A DNA stretch of 64,000 nt, taken from Candidatus Poribacteria bacterium (GTDB taxonomy: Bacteria; Poribacteria; WGA-4E; PCPOR2b). The notes below the pieces were generated by a model. It did not search any database, was not told where the DNA came from, and saw only the letters and a program-made list of their open reading frames with translations. This document shows positions 49,409 to 59,559 of the stretch, piece after piece. The position numbers and the translations under genes were made by a program. The stretch spans positions 1,344,001-1,408,000 of the forward strand of contig OZ242326.1 in assembly GCA_965208325.1 (NCBI GenBank). Reading direction: 5' to 3'. How positions within the stretch are numbered: position 1 is the stretch's first letter; the number at the start of each line of letters is the position of its first letter.

Positions 49409-51427
49409 TTGTTCCGCGTTTTCCCCGATACGCATCAATTTATGTCCTTCAAATGGGTTCGTGTACAGAAAACATATCTGCTCATCGCGTCCGTGAGCCT
49501 CTTGCCGTTTATGGTAATGGGGCTGTTGCGCGAGTTTGAACTATTTGAGTTTATAGAACTACAAACACTAGATGGACGGTTACGCTTGCCGTCTATACAA
49601 CGACCGCAAATTTCTCGCCAAATTTCGCTCATTACGATTGATGCTGAAAGCGAAGAAATTATTCAGCCGCTCCCGTGGCCGCCTCCCATTTATGCTTCGC
49701 TGCTAAACTACCTTCAAGAAGCGAATCCCAAGGCAATTGGCTTAATCGCTTGGTTCAACCGCGAATGGCCGGGGGATCAACACATCCCCCGTGATAAATT
49801 GTTCGCCATCCGACCTTATACATCAGTAAGCAACACCGGAAATCGACGTGCTTTTCCGGAGGTCACGAATTGGAACCAGTTGCCTCCCAGCTTGCAAAAC
49901 GCGCAAGACTCAAGTTTCAGCGAGTTTGCCTTGAACCGTTCCGATGGTATCTACCGTTCAGCCCAACTCGTCGTCAAACAGGCCGCGGAAGAGGAATACC
50001 GCTACTCTCTCGAAATGTTAATTCTGTGTCAAATCCATGGCGTTCCAGTAACATCAATAAAGGTCAAAGAAGATTTTTGGAGCGGTAAATTTCTACAATT
50101 GTCACGTCCGTCCGGCGCACCAATTCGGATTCCTATTGATTTGCAAGGCAGGCTGTTCCTGAGATTTGCCGGAGACATTTCCGATTTTCAACCCACCTCG
50201 TTCATTAAAGCATTAACCCAGTCTGAATCAGACATGCCGGGATTCCGGCAGAAATTTGAGGGGAAATCAGTCCTAATCGGCATTACAACGGTTAGCGCCC
50301 CGCAGGCTTCGACGCCATTCGGAAAAATGTCTGCACTCGCACTCCGCGCGAACTTGCTTAACGCCCTGCTGAATCAAGATTTTATCCGGCGGTTGAGCGG
50401 CAAGGCAAACCTTCTCTATCTAGCATGTTTTGGTATCGCTGCCGCTATGGCAACCGTTCTCATCAGCAGAACCGGACAGAGCTACAGATTGATGTTACTC
50501 ATCGCATGTGGATTGCTGTTCCTGCATTTCCTTATTGCTTTTGCAATGATTGTGCTATACAACATTTGGATTGAGTTAACTGGAACCAGCCTCGCCCTTA
50601 TCCTGTGCGGTGTAGGGAGCAGCTTTTTCCTAGCGCATTTTCGACTGCGTCAGCTTTTCTCGCAGTTACAGACGACGCGGGAAGAACTTGTCAGAGCCGA
50701 AAAAGAAGCAGTTTTTGGAGTGATGTCCGCGCGGGTACGGCACGAACTGCGAAATGCCCTGAACCTAGTTCGTGCACCTGCAGAGATGATTCGAAACAAT
50801 TTCCAGAAACAAGATCCCTTGAAATTACGGGACCGCCCTGAAGAAATCATCGGCGAAATGGATGGAATCATTGACCGGGTTACAAAACTGGATGAAATGA
50901 TTGAAAATGAACTCAGCTTCTTTCAAAACACACAGTACAATCTTCAACAGCAAGAACTAGGGCCGATTCTGAAATCTGCGTCGGAGATGGTGGAACCGTT
51001 GATTACCGACAAACAAATTAATGTACAGTGGAATTATCCAAGTGACACGCGGAAACTCTCCGTTGACGCTGACAAAATGCGAATCGTCTTCGCGAACCTA
51101 ATAAAAAACGCTTGCCAAGCTATGACGAAGGGCGGCGAATTAGAAATCGCCATTGAAACACCGTACGAATCTTCCTCAAAATCCGTAACCTCCGTCCTAA
51201 TCAGGGATACCGGGGCTGGCATCCCCCCCGATGAACTAGAGCGGATTTTTGAGCCTTTTTACACGACAAAACCGCGTGGATTGGGGCTCGGATTGGTTAA
51301 TGTCAAGAATATTGTCGAGGGACATGGGGGAGAGGTACGTGTGGAAAGCGTAGTCGGCACCGGAACGACATTCTTGATCCAACTACCTGCAGTTCAAGAA
51401 AAGGAGAAAACGTCAATGGGGACATGA
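49409..51427 (+). CDS. CHASE2-domain sensor histidine kinase
   Basis: ELQTLD, ITID, LPWP, DGIYR, GKSVLIG, TPFG and three TM helices. H-box HELRN, N-box NLIKNA, DTGAG, FYTTK and GLGL. Confidence 0.9.
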   Translation: MFRVFPDTHQFMSFKWVRVQKTYLLIASVSLLPFMVMGLLREFELFEFIELQTLDGRLRLPSIQRPQISRQISLITIDAESEEIIQPLPWPPPIYASLLNYLQEANPKAIGLIAWFNREWPGDQHIPRDKLFAIRPYTSVSNTGNRRAFPEVTNWNQLPPSLQNAQDSSFSEFALNRSDGIYRSAQLVVKQAAEEEYRYSLEMLILCQIHGVPVTSIKVKEDFWSGKFLQLSRPSGAPIRIPIDLQGRLFLRFAGDISDFQPTSFIKALTQSESDMPGFRQKFEGKSVLIGITTVSAPQASTPFGKMSALALRANLLNALLNQDFIRRLSGKANLLYLACFGIAAAMATVLISRTGQSYRLMLLIACGLLFLHFLIAFAMIVLYNIWIELTGTSLALILCGVGSSFFLAHFRLRQLFSQLQTTREELVRAEKEAVFGVMSARVRHELRNALNLVRAPAEMIRNNFQKQDPLKLRDRPEEIIGEMDGIIDRVTKLDEMIENELSFFQNTQYNLQQQELGPILKSASEMVEPLITDKQINVQWNYPSDTRKLSVDADKMRIVFANLIKNACQAMTKGGELEIAIETPYESSSKSVTSVLIRDTGAGIPPDELERIFEPFYTTKPRGLGLGLVNVKNIVEGHGGEVRVESVVGTGTTFLIQLPAVQEKEKTSMGT

Positions 51428-51504
51428 GTGCATCGGTTCATAGCATTCAAAATGTACCGTTTGAGCTATGGATCCTTGGACTTGCGCTTCGCGTTTAACG
51501 ATAC

Positions 51505-52950
51505 ATGAATCCATCACGCATTTTAATTGCAGACGACGAACACGCAACCTGCAGCTACATCGACAAACAGATCAAAATGGAATCGTCGATTGATGTTACG
51601 GTGGACTTTGCCTACGACCGGGACGAGGCAATGGCGCTATTGACAGGCAATTCCAACTATAATCTAATTATAGTCGATCTCTGGATGCCGGATGCAGGAG
51701 GCATTTTAGATAGAGAAGCGGGGTTGAAAATCCTTAAACACAGTAAATCTCGGCACCCGGCACCGCAGGCAATCGTCATCACCGCGAACATTTCGTCGAA
51801 GACTGCGCTTGAAGCGAGCGGTTTAGGCATCTACGACTACATCAGCAAGCCAATTGACTACACCCACCTAATTAACATCATCAAGGGGGCGTTAAATCAA
51901 AGCAACAGCGATGCGCTTGATTGGGAGCCTTCCTCTACCGCGCATTTAGAAGAAACCGATGCCCACGAAATCGTCGGCAGCAGTAACGCGATGATTGAGG
52001 TGATGAAAAAGGTTGGGAAAGTTGCGCTTTCGGACGTTGATGTCTTAATCTATGGAGAGAGCGGTACCGGTAAGGAATCCGTAGCGCACGCCATTCATGC
52101 GCTCAGCCCTCGCGCGAAAGGGCCATTCATAGTTATGAACTGCAGCGCCATTCCGGCGGAATTAATCGAAGCGGAATTATTCGGGATAGGGAAACGGGTT
52201 GCAACAGCCGTTGACCAACGTCCGGGGAAATTTCAGCAGGCGGATGGCGGCACAATTTTGCTCGATGAGATTGGTGATTTGGACCTTGCCATGCAACCCA
52301 AGCTGTTGCGCGTACTAGATTCGAAGGAACTTCAGGGAATCGGGATGGATGTTCACCGTGTCAATGTGCGCGTTATCGCCGCTACCAATCGAGATCTCCG
52401 CGCGGCAGTGGAAGCAGGTAGCTTTCGAAGCGATCTCTATTATCGCCTGAAATTCATGATTACTTTACCTCCGCTGCGTGAGCGCGAGGGCGACATTCGG
52501 ATGCTTGCATCGTATTTCCTGAATAAGTTTCTGCGCCTGCCGGAATCGGGGCAAATCCGCGGATTTGACGAGACTGTCTTGTCGGCGTTTGAGCGGTATC
52601 AATGGCCAGGCAATGTCCGTGAATTGGAGAAAGCCGTTCAATATGCGGTTGTCACTTGTACAGGAAATCAGATATTGCAAGAAGATTTACCCCCTGAAAT
52701 CTTCAGTGCGCCAGAAGTAGAAACGCTCGGGTTGCTCCCAGACCGGGACACTACTCCTATACGCAGCTTACTCAACGTCCCAACAATTAAGGATGCCACC
52801 CAAGGCTTCGAGAAAATCTTTCTGGAACACAAACTCAAACAGAATAACTGGAACGTCCGGGCAACTGCCCTACAAATTGGAATCAAGCGCCAGTCATTGC
52901 ACCGCAAAATTAAGGAGCTCGGTCTGAAGCGAAACGAAAATCAGACGTAA
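51505..52950 (+). CDS. NtrC-family response regulator (receiver-AAA+-Fis HTH)
   Basis: DDE, DLWMP, KP, GESGTGKE, LDEIGD, FRSDLYYRL, WPGNVREL and a C-terminal HTH. Confidence 0.95.
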   Translation: MNPSRILIADDEHATCSYIDKQIKMESSIDVTVDFAYDRDEAMALLTGNSNYNLIIVDLWMPDAGGILDREAGLKILKHSKSRHPAPQAIVITANISSKTALEASGLGIYDYISKPIDYTHLINIIKGALNQSNSDALDWEPSSTAHLEETDAHEIVGSSNAMIEVMKKVGKVALSDVDVLIYGESGTGKESVAHAIHALSPRAKGPFIVMNCSAIPAELIEAELFGIGKRVATAVDQRPGKFQQADGGTILLDEIGDLDLAMQPKLLRVLDSKELQGIGMDVHRVNVRVIAATNRDLRAAVEAGSFRSDLYYRLKFMITLPPLREREGDIRMLASYFLNKFLRLPESGQIRGFDETVLSAFERYQWPGNVRELEKAVQYAVVTCTGNQILQEDLPPEIFSAPEVETLGLLPDRDTTPIRSLLNVPTIKDATQGFEKIFLEHKLKQNNWNVRATALQIGIKRQSLHRKIKELGLKRNENQT

Positions 52951-53046
52951 GCCCAGGCGATGCATTATTGACCACCATCTAGGACGCTACGACAATAGAC
53001 ATCATTCCTAATTTACTCAATGTGGTTGACAAAACCGAAGCGTTAC

Positions 53047-53180
53047 GGGCAACCACAAGGGTTGCCCCTACAGCGTATTAGCCCAACGTGAGGGTAGTCG
53101 TTTTACACCTGCCGCCCCGCTGGGGTTAGATGTTGATGTGTAACAGTGACTTCTATATACCTGTCGCCCCTTTGGAGCTA
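53047..53180. repeat. REP cluster
   Basis: GGGCAACCACAAGGGTTGCCCCTAC and two CCTG(T/C)CGCCCC...GG motifs shared with 8910-8980. Confidence 0.7.
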
Positions 53181-53347
53181 TCGGGCGGTGGAATAATTTT
53201 GGGAAGATGTCTAATACAAAAAATTCCAATTCGTTGGCTTACAAAACCGTTCATGTGATTTTTTTAGAGTGCTCTATTGCATTTAAAACGAAGATAGGGC
53301 GGTGTTAAAGGAAGCAGTCTGCATGACGACCCAATCCTGCATCCCAA

Positions 53348-53384
53348 TGTCGCTTCAGGGCGACAGTGTAGTTTATGGGTGACA
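53348..53384. promoter_or_regulatory. Tandem putative enhancer (UAS) sites
   Basis: TGTCGC-N6-GCGACA (53348-53365) and TGTAGT-N6-GTGACA (53367-53384), both TGT-N12-ACA. Confidence 0.6.
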
Positions 53385-53525
53385 GAAATTCGAAATCAAA
53401 TGCGATTACAGCCGGCTGATGATGGCAGGTTGAAAATGGTATAGAATCGCTGTTTTGCGCCTAATGTAGAACATCCAACCTAATTTCACTTTTTTTTATT
53501 CATTTTCGAAGCCGCCGTCTATCGC

Positions 53526-53540
53526 TGGCACACATCTTGC
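53526..53540 (+). promoter_or_regulatory. Sigma54 (-24/-12) promoter
   Basis: TGGCAC-ACATC-TTGC, an exact TGGCAC-N5-TTGC match 78 bp before ATG 53619. Confidence 0.78.
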
Positions 53541-53618
53541 CTATGTAATTCAATGAAATCCTTCTCCTACCAGAACTTATGACCGAATATCATCATTGAT
53601 ACAGGAGCGGCTCGATAG

Positions 53619-54827
53619 ATGAATCAATCATCTCAAATCTCCGCTGAAGCGTCCGTTAAAAATTGGTCACCACAATTTGAATCTGTGCCCGCAGATTTGG
53701 GTATACAACCGGAATCTTTTGCACAAGCATCAAATATAAGTCCGGAGCAAGACGCCGTTGCAACGGAGGATGCGGATGGGGCCATTAGACCACCCTTGGA
53801 TTCCGACTGCGAGAAAGACGCGCGCGGCGGCGTTCTGCACACGTATCTTTCCCAGATGGGAGATTACGCGCGTTTGACGCAAGACGAAGAATTAGGTATC
53901 TTTTTCAAGATAGAGAAGTATCGCAAGCGCATCAATGAATGCTATGAAGAATTGATGACATTTCCGCTCGAGATAGATGCGGAAGATTTGCCAAGCCCGC
54001 GCTCGTTGAAAAAATTGATTGCCGCTAAATCTTTTGTTCCGCCCACACAAGAGTTCCTTTTGGAACTTGTGGGACATATCCAATTTCTGCAAGCGGAAAT
54101 CCACACTGCCAAAAACCGTGTTGTTGAGGCTAACCTGAGATTGGCGGTCTGTATTGCCAAGAAATACCAAGAGCGCGGACTAGATTTGCCTGATCTCATT
54201 CAGGAGGCAAATATCGGGTTGATTAACGCTGTCGATCACTTTGATTGGCGGCGCGGTGTGAAGTTTAGCGCGTGCGCTTCTTGGTGGATTCAGCAAGCCA
54301 TCGGGCGCAGCATTGCAAATCATGGGCGGACGATTCGCATCCCGTCGCACCTACTCAGCGACATTAGTAAAGTGAATCGTGCGAAAGCACGTTTTTTTCA
54401 AAACACCAACCGTGAACCCAATCCAAAAGAAATCTCTGAAGCAACCGGGCTTTCAGCCAAAAAGATAACGGAATTGAATCGGATTTCGGCGGATTCCATG
54501 TCCCTGGAAGACTGCATTAGTCCAGACACGGGCGGTGAAGTTGAAGTGCTAGTTCCATGCGAACAAGCATCGGATCCCCTAACGGGCGTGATTACGAAAA
54601 GCCTAATTGAAGAGGTTAATCTGGCAATCGGCGCATTGCCGCCCCGTGAGAAACAGATTGTCTTTTTGAGATACGGTCTAGAAAACAGCGAAGAACACAG
54701 TTTACAGGAAATAGGGATGATGTTGAACCTGTCACGAGAACGGGTTCGGCAATTGGAAGCCAGGGCGTTGAGTCGGCTGCGCCATCCCTCTCGGAGCGAT
54801 AGACTGAACGATTTCCTCTTTTCGTAA
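53619..54827 (+). CDS. Alternative sigma70 factor, RpoD/RpoS-like (group 2-like)
   Basis: Region 1.2, region 2 ANLRL..IAKKY..DLIQE..WWI..RTIRIP and region 4.2 SRERVRQLE. No region 1.1. Confidence 0.92.
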   Translation: MNQSSQISAEASVKNWSPQFESVPADLGIQPESFAQASNISPEQDAVATEDADGAIRPPLDSDCEKDARGGVLHTYLSQMGDYARLTQDEELGIFFKIEKYRKRINECYEELMTFPLEIDAEDLPSPRSLKKLIAAKSFVPPTQEFLLELVGHIQFLQAEIHTAKNRVVEANLRLAVCIAKKYQERGLDLPDLIQEANIGLINAVDHFDWRRGVKFSACASWWIQQAIGRSIANHGRTIRIPSHLLSDISKVNRAKARFFQNTNREPNPKEISEATGLSAKKITELNRISADSMSLEDCISPDTGGEVEVLVPCEQASDPLTGVITKSLIEEVNLAIGALPPREKQIVFLRYGLENSEEHSLQEIGMMLNLSRERVRQLEARALSRLRHPSRSDRLNDFLFS

Positions 54828-55335
54828 TGCGGTGACTTCGGCGTCCCATTGTGACTTTACTCGTTTGACAGCGCCGCTGCACAGCCGAAGTCGTGCCATC
54901 CGCACCCTCCTAAATCGGCTTTTGCCACCTAGCAAAACTAACTTATACCAATCGCTCTGCCTACCCCGGTTATGTTGCGGCATAAAACCTTGCCCCGAAA
55001 CCAATTTTATCTGAAGATAGTTTTTCCCGGTTACCCTTTCTCTCCTCACCGGCCTTCAGGGAATTCCGACGTTTCCACAAGTTATTTTGCTGGGACAAAC
55101 CGCTCAATATGACATGCGTATCAATCTGGTTTATTCTCTCACCGCGAAATTAACGGCCACCATCGGAAAAATAATCTATCTCACTCCATTTTGTGATATA
55201 CTTGAGGCAGGGTCTAGGCGAACTTTAGAGCATGTTGACAAATCGGTTGGTTTACACGGATAGATTGGGCATCGCACGGTCAACTAACGCCATTCCTGTT
55301 TCGGTTTGAAGAACAAAAGACGAGGAGCGATTAAA

Positions 55336-56442
55336 ATGCGGACGAGAACTGCAGTTGTCTACGAACACAACAAACCGGTTATTGTCGACGATTTAGAATT
55401 AGATGAACCGAAAGCGAACGAAGTGCTCATTCGTATGGCCGCGACTGGTGTATGCCATTCGGATTTGTCCATTGTGAACGGCACCATCTATTACGATCCG
55501 CCGATCGCGATAGGGCATGAAGGGGCAGGGGTAATTGAGCAGGTCGGCGAAGGAGTTAGCTACGTAAACCCCGGCGATAACGTTGTGCTCTCATTCGTCA
55601 CCTTCTGCGGGAAATGCCGGATGTGCCAGAATAATCTCGTTAGGCTATGTGAGGGTTTCCGCGCACCGCGCGCCCATTTGCTGGACGGCACTTGCCGATT
55701 ACACAATAAATCCGGACAACCTATCCTTCAAATGGCGCGGATCGCTACCATGTCGGAGTATACCGTTGTTCCAGAGCAGAGCTTGGTCAAAATTGATGCA
55801 CATTATCCGCTTGAAAAAGCAGTCTTGGTCGGATGCGGCGTAACAACCGGCGTTGGCGCGGTGTTAAACACCGCAAAGGTCGAAGCGGGAAGTTCGGTTG
55901 CGGTAATCGGCACCGGCGGCGTCGGATTGAATGTGATTCAAGGGGCTGTGCTCGCCTCGGCAGAACGCATCATCGCGATAGACCTTATTGAGAACAAGCT
56001 CGACTTCGCAAAAAGTTTCGGCGCAACGGATTTGGTGAATGCGTCGACGTGCGATCCGGTCGAAGCGGTTCGCGAATTGACGGAGGGCAAGCACGTCGAT
56101 TACGCATTTGAAGTCATCGGTTACCCGAAGACGATTGAGCAGGCTTATGCGATGATTCGCCCCGGCGGAACGGCTGTCGTCATCGGCGCTTGCAATCAGG
56201 ATGTACATATAAGCATACCGGCTCAGAGTATCGTTATGAAAGAAAAACGGCTAATTGGGTCGTTTTACGGTTCATCCAGCCCACGCGCCGCTATGCCTAA
56301 ACTGCTAAAACTTTACGAAAACGGCAAGCTCAAACTCGATGAACTGATTACGCAGACCTACCGCCTTGAACAGATTAACGACGCCTTCGCCGACATGGAA
56401 TCTGGCAAGAATGCTAGGGGCGTCATTCTGTACGATAACTAA
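55336..56442 (+). CDS. Zn-dependent alcohol dehydrogenase (class III-like)
   Basis: GVCHSD, GHEGAG, CGKCRMC, GCGVTTG and GTGGVG. Confidence 0.93.
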   Translation: MRTRTAVVYEHNKPVIVDDLELDEPKANEVLIRMAATGVCHSDLSIVNGTIYYDPPIAIGHEGAGVIEQVGEGVSYVNPGDNVVLSFVTFCGKCRMCQNNLVRLCEGFRAPRAHLLDGTCRLHNKSGQPILQMARIATMSEYTVVPEQSLVKIDAHYPLEKAVLVGCGVTTGVGAVLNTAKVEAGSSVAVIGTGGVGLNVIQGAVLASAERIIAIDLIENKLDFAKSFGATDLVNASTCDPVEAVRELTEGKHVDYAFEVIGYPKTIEQAYAMIRPGGTAVVIGACNQDVHISIPAQSIVMKEKRLIGSFYGSSSPRAAMPKLLKLYENGKLKLDELITQTYRLEQINDAFADMESGKNARGVILYDN

Positions 56443-56595
56443 CACGGCAAACACGTTAATTCTTACCCCAATCCCTCCGATTCTGAAAAAAATCGCCATC
56501 CGATCTAATCATTTGCTCCGCTAGTGCATCATAATATAATAGGATGCAATGACGCTGGCGTCATTGCATCCTAAAGCCGTACAACTTCGGGAGCG

Positions 56596-59541
56596 ATGAA
56601 AATGGCTAACAGCGATGCCGAACTCATCCAACGCACCTTGGATGGCGATGAAACCGCGTTCGGGTTCCTGGTCGACAAATACAAAGGCGCAGTCCACGCC
56701 CTCGCCTACCGTAAAACCGGGAACTTCCACACGGCAGAAGACATTACGCAAGACACCTTTCTCAAAGCCTACCAAAAACTCCACACGCTCAAGGATTGGC
56801 GGCATTTTCCCGGTTGGCTTTACAGAATAGCGTCACGGCTCTGCTTGATGTGGCATCGCAATCGGAGATTAGTGCCGCAACCGATCGAAACGGTTGAAAG
56901 CGGTTACATGGATGCCCTGGCGTGGGCAAAGCACACCGACCAGCAAACCCGACAATCGGTGCGCGACGGGCTGGAAGCGCTGCCGGAGAGCCAACGTACG
57001 GTCTTGACACTGCACTATCTCGGCGGGATGACGTGCGAGGAGATCGCGCGGTTCATCGGCACGTCGCGCGGTGCAGTGCTTAACCGGCTTTATCATGCCC
57101 GACGCCAATTGAAAAAGGAGATGATACCGATGATGGAGAATACATTGGGCGCATTCCAGTTGCCGCCGACCTTTACCCAACAGATGATGAATCAAATTCA
57201 CCGAACACCCCCAACAACCACGCCCCAAGGCAAACCAATCTTGCCGTGGATTGCTGTGACGGCAACGCTTGGCCTTGCACTATTTTTCGGACTGGGGCAA
57301 CAGTCAATGACGCGGTTTCAGCAACCGTACAGTCTCGACGCAACCGAACCAGCGAACCGGGTTGAACTCATTGACGCAGCGATGTTTCCCATACCAGAGA
57401 CAAAACCCGATCTGATCAATCGTCCGGGGCAATTGAACCCTCGAGACGACAAGAATGGTATCGGACCGAACGGAACATCTTTCTCTGCGGCTGCAAGGGC
57501 CGAAATGGGAAAAGAACGCAACGGCAGCGAATGGACGCAGACAAACGGACCTTTCGGTGGAAGAACTAACACACTATACCGGGCGTCAGATGGATCGTTT
57601 TACGCATTAACAGACACGCAAGTGTTCCGTTCTAGCGACGACGGCGATTCGTGGGTTCAAGTCTACAACGGATTAACTGCAAATCCCGAGAATCCGTGGC
57701 TTTCCGGTACAATTGTGGACGCTAACGGAATACTGTACATAAATACAGCCGTGACGATTTTATATTCGGATAACCACGGCGAATCGTGGCAACAGATAAA
57801 CTACCTTTACGGGGCAGACAGAGAAATCAGGACGTTCAGCGTCACCGGATCTCGAATCTACATCAGCCGCGCTAAAGACGGAGTGGTTTACTCAGATGAT
57901 AATGGTGGATCGTGGTCCCCCATCCAAGACGGTTTACCGGCTCAACCGCCCGACAAATTTGTGACAGTTGGAACAACGCTATTCGCTAAGGTGGACAATG
58001 TCATATTTCGGTTAAGAGAAGGCGAAACGTCGTGGACGAAAATCACGAACCTTCCCGACCTCCGATTTCTCATCTCGGAAGAAAGCGCATTAATTATTGG
58101 AAGTCAGACCGATTTGCGCCGTTCATTGGACGAAGGTGAAACTTGGCGGGCTATGACTGACACAATGAAAGTTGGTATACGCTTTCCGGCAAAATCCGGA
58201 GACGATACTTTAAACTATAAGGACATTCCCATTCTTGCGACTGCAGAACCAAAGCTGTTGCAGCTTGGAAACCGTGATTCGATCAGTTTTATCAACGTTG
58301 GCGAGGTTTCGATGCCGGAGACTGTGGAAATGAAGAATCAAACGCTCAATATTCAGCACGTTTCGGCGGTCGGGGATACAATTTACCTCCTTTTAAACGA
58401 CGGCAGGTTGTTACGCTCAACAGCAAATGGTTCCTGGAACATTACGGAAGCGTCAGGATTGAGCGAATACGACATTTCGGCTGACAGCATGGCCACGCTA
58501 TCGGATCGGATGGTTTGTGTCGGCGACGCCGCCGGGATATTTCGGTGGGCGGACAGCGACACGTCATGGAAACGAATTAACAATGGATTCATCGGTACAA
58601 TGGTTCAGAGTCTTGTATATTTCAAGAACGAGTTGTATGCCTCGACGTACAATCGCAACGGTGTTTACAAGTCTGTTGACGGCGGAGACCGATGGACTCC
58701 GATTCATGGCGGCTTGCCGACGACAGATGTAGGGGCGCTCGCCGTATCGGGCGGGGCGCTCTATCTCGGCGTGAATGAGGAAAACTTCACCGGAACAGAC
58801 GACCCAACCACCGGCGGCATATTTCGTTTGGCAGATGATCGAAATTCATGGATTCCGGTGCAGACTGAGATGCGCACGGCTTACATAGAGAATGAACGGC
58901 GGAGAGGGTATCACCAAATGTACAGCGTTGAGGAGCTTGTGATTTCCCGAGATACCTTCTACATCATTGCCCAAATGGGAAGCGGTTCCCGGCTGTATCG
59001 ATGGCGGAACGGCGAGCGGTATTGGACGTATATCAGTCCCCATCCAGAGGATTGGATACACATGGGAGAGGATGAGGTAACGAGTCTTGCTGTCGAAGGA
59101 GAAACCGTTTACATTGTGGCTGATATGGACCTCTTTCGCTCGCGTAACAGCGGAGACACATGGTCGAAACTTGAGATTCGCGTGTCACCTTCTTCGCGCT
59201 ACCTTACCCAAATTACGGGGGCTGCAGTTTTGGGGAGGACTGTCTTCGTATCGACTCGCGGATCGGGCGTGTTTCGCTCAACGGACGGGGGCAAGAGTTG
59301 GGGATCGGTCAACGACGGGTTGCCGCAAGGGTATTCTTCGGAAACTCACGCGATTGGGAATACGCTCTATGCAACGGATAGCGCTCGAGGCATCTATCGA
59401 CTCAGGGATGACCGCAAAACTTGGGAATTTGTTAAACCATCAGTTTCAAATATGTTGTCGGGTGCACTGACGATTGCGGACGGGATTTTATACGCCGGCA
59501 TGGGAGAGAGCGGAGTGTATCGGATTGCGCTGGAGGATTGA
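56596..59541 (+). CDS. ECF sigma factor fused via a TM helix to an Asp-box (BNR) beta-propeller
   Basis: Sigma2 AEDITQDTFLKAY, sigma4 EEIARFIG..RL..AR, TM ILPWIAVTATLGLALFFG and seven SxxxGxxW boxes. Confidence 0.9.
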   Translation: MKMANSDAELIQRTLDGDETAFGFLVDKYKGAVHALAYRKTGNFHTAEDITQDTFLKAYQKLHTLKDWRHFPGWLYRIASRLCLMWHRNRRLVPQPIETVESGYMDALAWAKHTDQQTRQSVRDGLEALPESQRTVLTLHYLGGMTCEEIARFIGTSRGAVLNRLYHARRQLKKEMIPMMENTLGAFQLPPTFTQQMMNQIHRTPPTTTPQGKPILPWIAVTATLGLALFFGLGQQSMTRFQQPYSLDATEPANRVELIDAAMFPIPETKPDLINRPGQLNPRDDKNGIGPNGTSFSAAARAEMGKERNGSEWTQTNGPFGGRTNTLYRASDGSFYALTDTQVFRSSDDGDSWVQVYNGLTANPENPWLSGTIVDANGILYINTAVTILYSDNHGESWQQINYLYGADREIRTFSVTGSRIYISRAKDGVVYSDDNGGSWSPIQDGLPAQPPDKFVTVGTTLFAKVDNVIFRLREGETSWTKITNLPDLRFLISEESALIIGSQTDLRRSLDEGETWRAMTDTMKVGIRFPAKSGDDTLNYKDIPILATAEPKLLQLGNRDSISFINVGEVSMPETVEMKNQTLNIQHVSAVGDTIYLLLNDGRLLRSTANGSWNITEASGLSEYDISADSMATLSDRMVCVGDAAGIFRWADSDTSWKRINNGFIGTMVQSLVYFKNELYASTYNRNGVYKSVDGGDRWTPIHGGLPTTDVGALAVSGGALYLGVNEENFTGTDDPTTGGIFRLADDRNSWIPVQTEMRTAYIENERRRGYHQMYSVEELVISRDTFYIIAQMGSGSRLYRWRNGERYWTYISPHPEDWIHMGEDEVTSLAVEGETVYIVADMDLFRSRNSGDTWSKLEIRVSPSSRYLTQITGAAVLGRTVFVSTRGSGVFRSTDGGKSWGSVNDGLPQGYSSETHAIGNTLYATDSARGIYRLRDDRKTWEFVKPSVSNMLSGALTIADGILYAGMGESGVYRIALED

Positions 59542-59559
59542 TTTGACATGACCAGCCGT

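Noticed and set aside
53619..54827. Naming this gene rpoD
   Set aside because: It lacks region 1.1 and has non-canonical region 2 residues.
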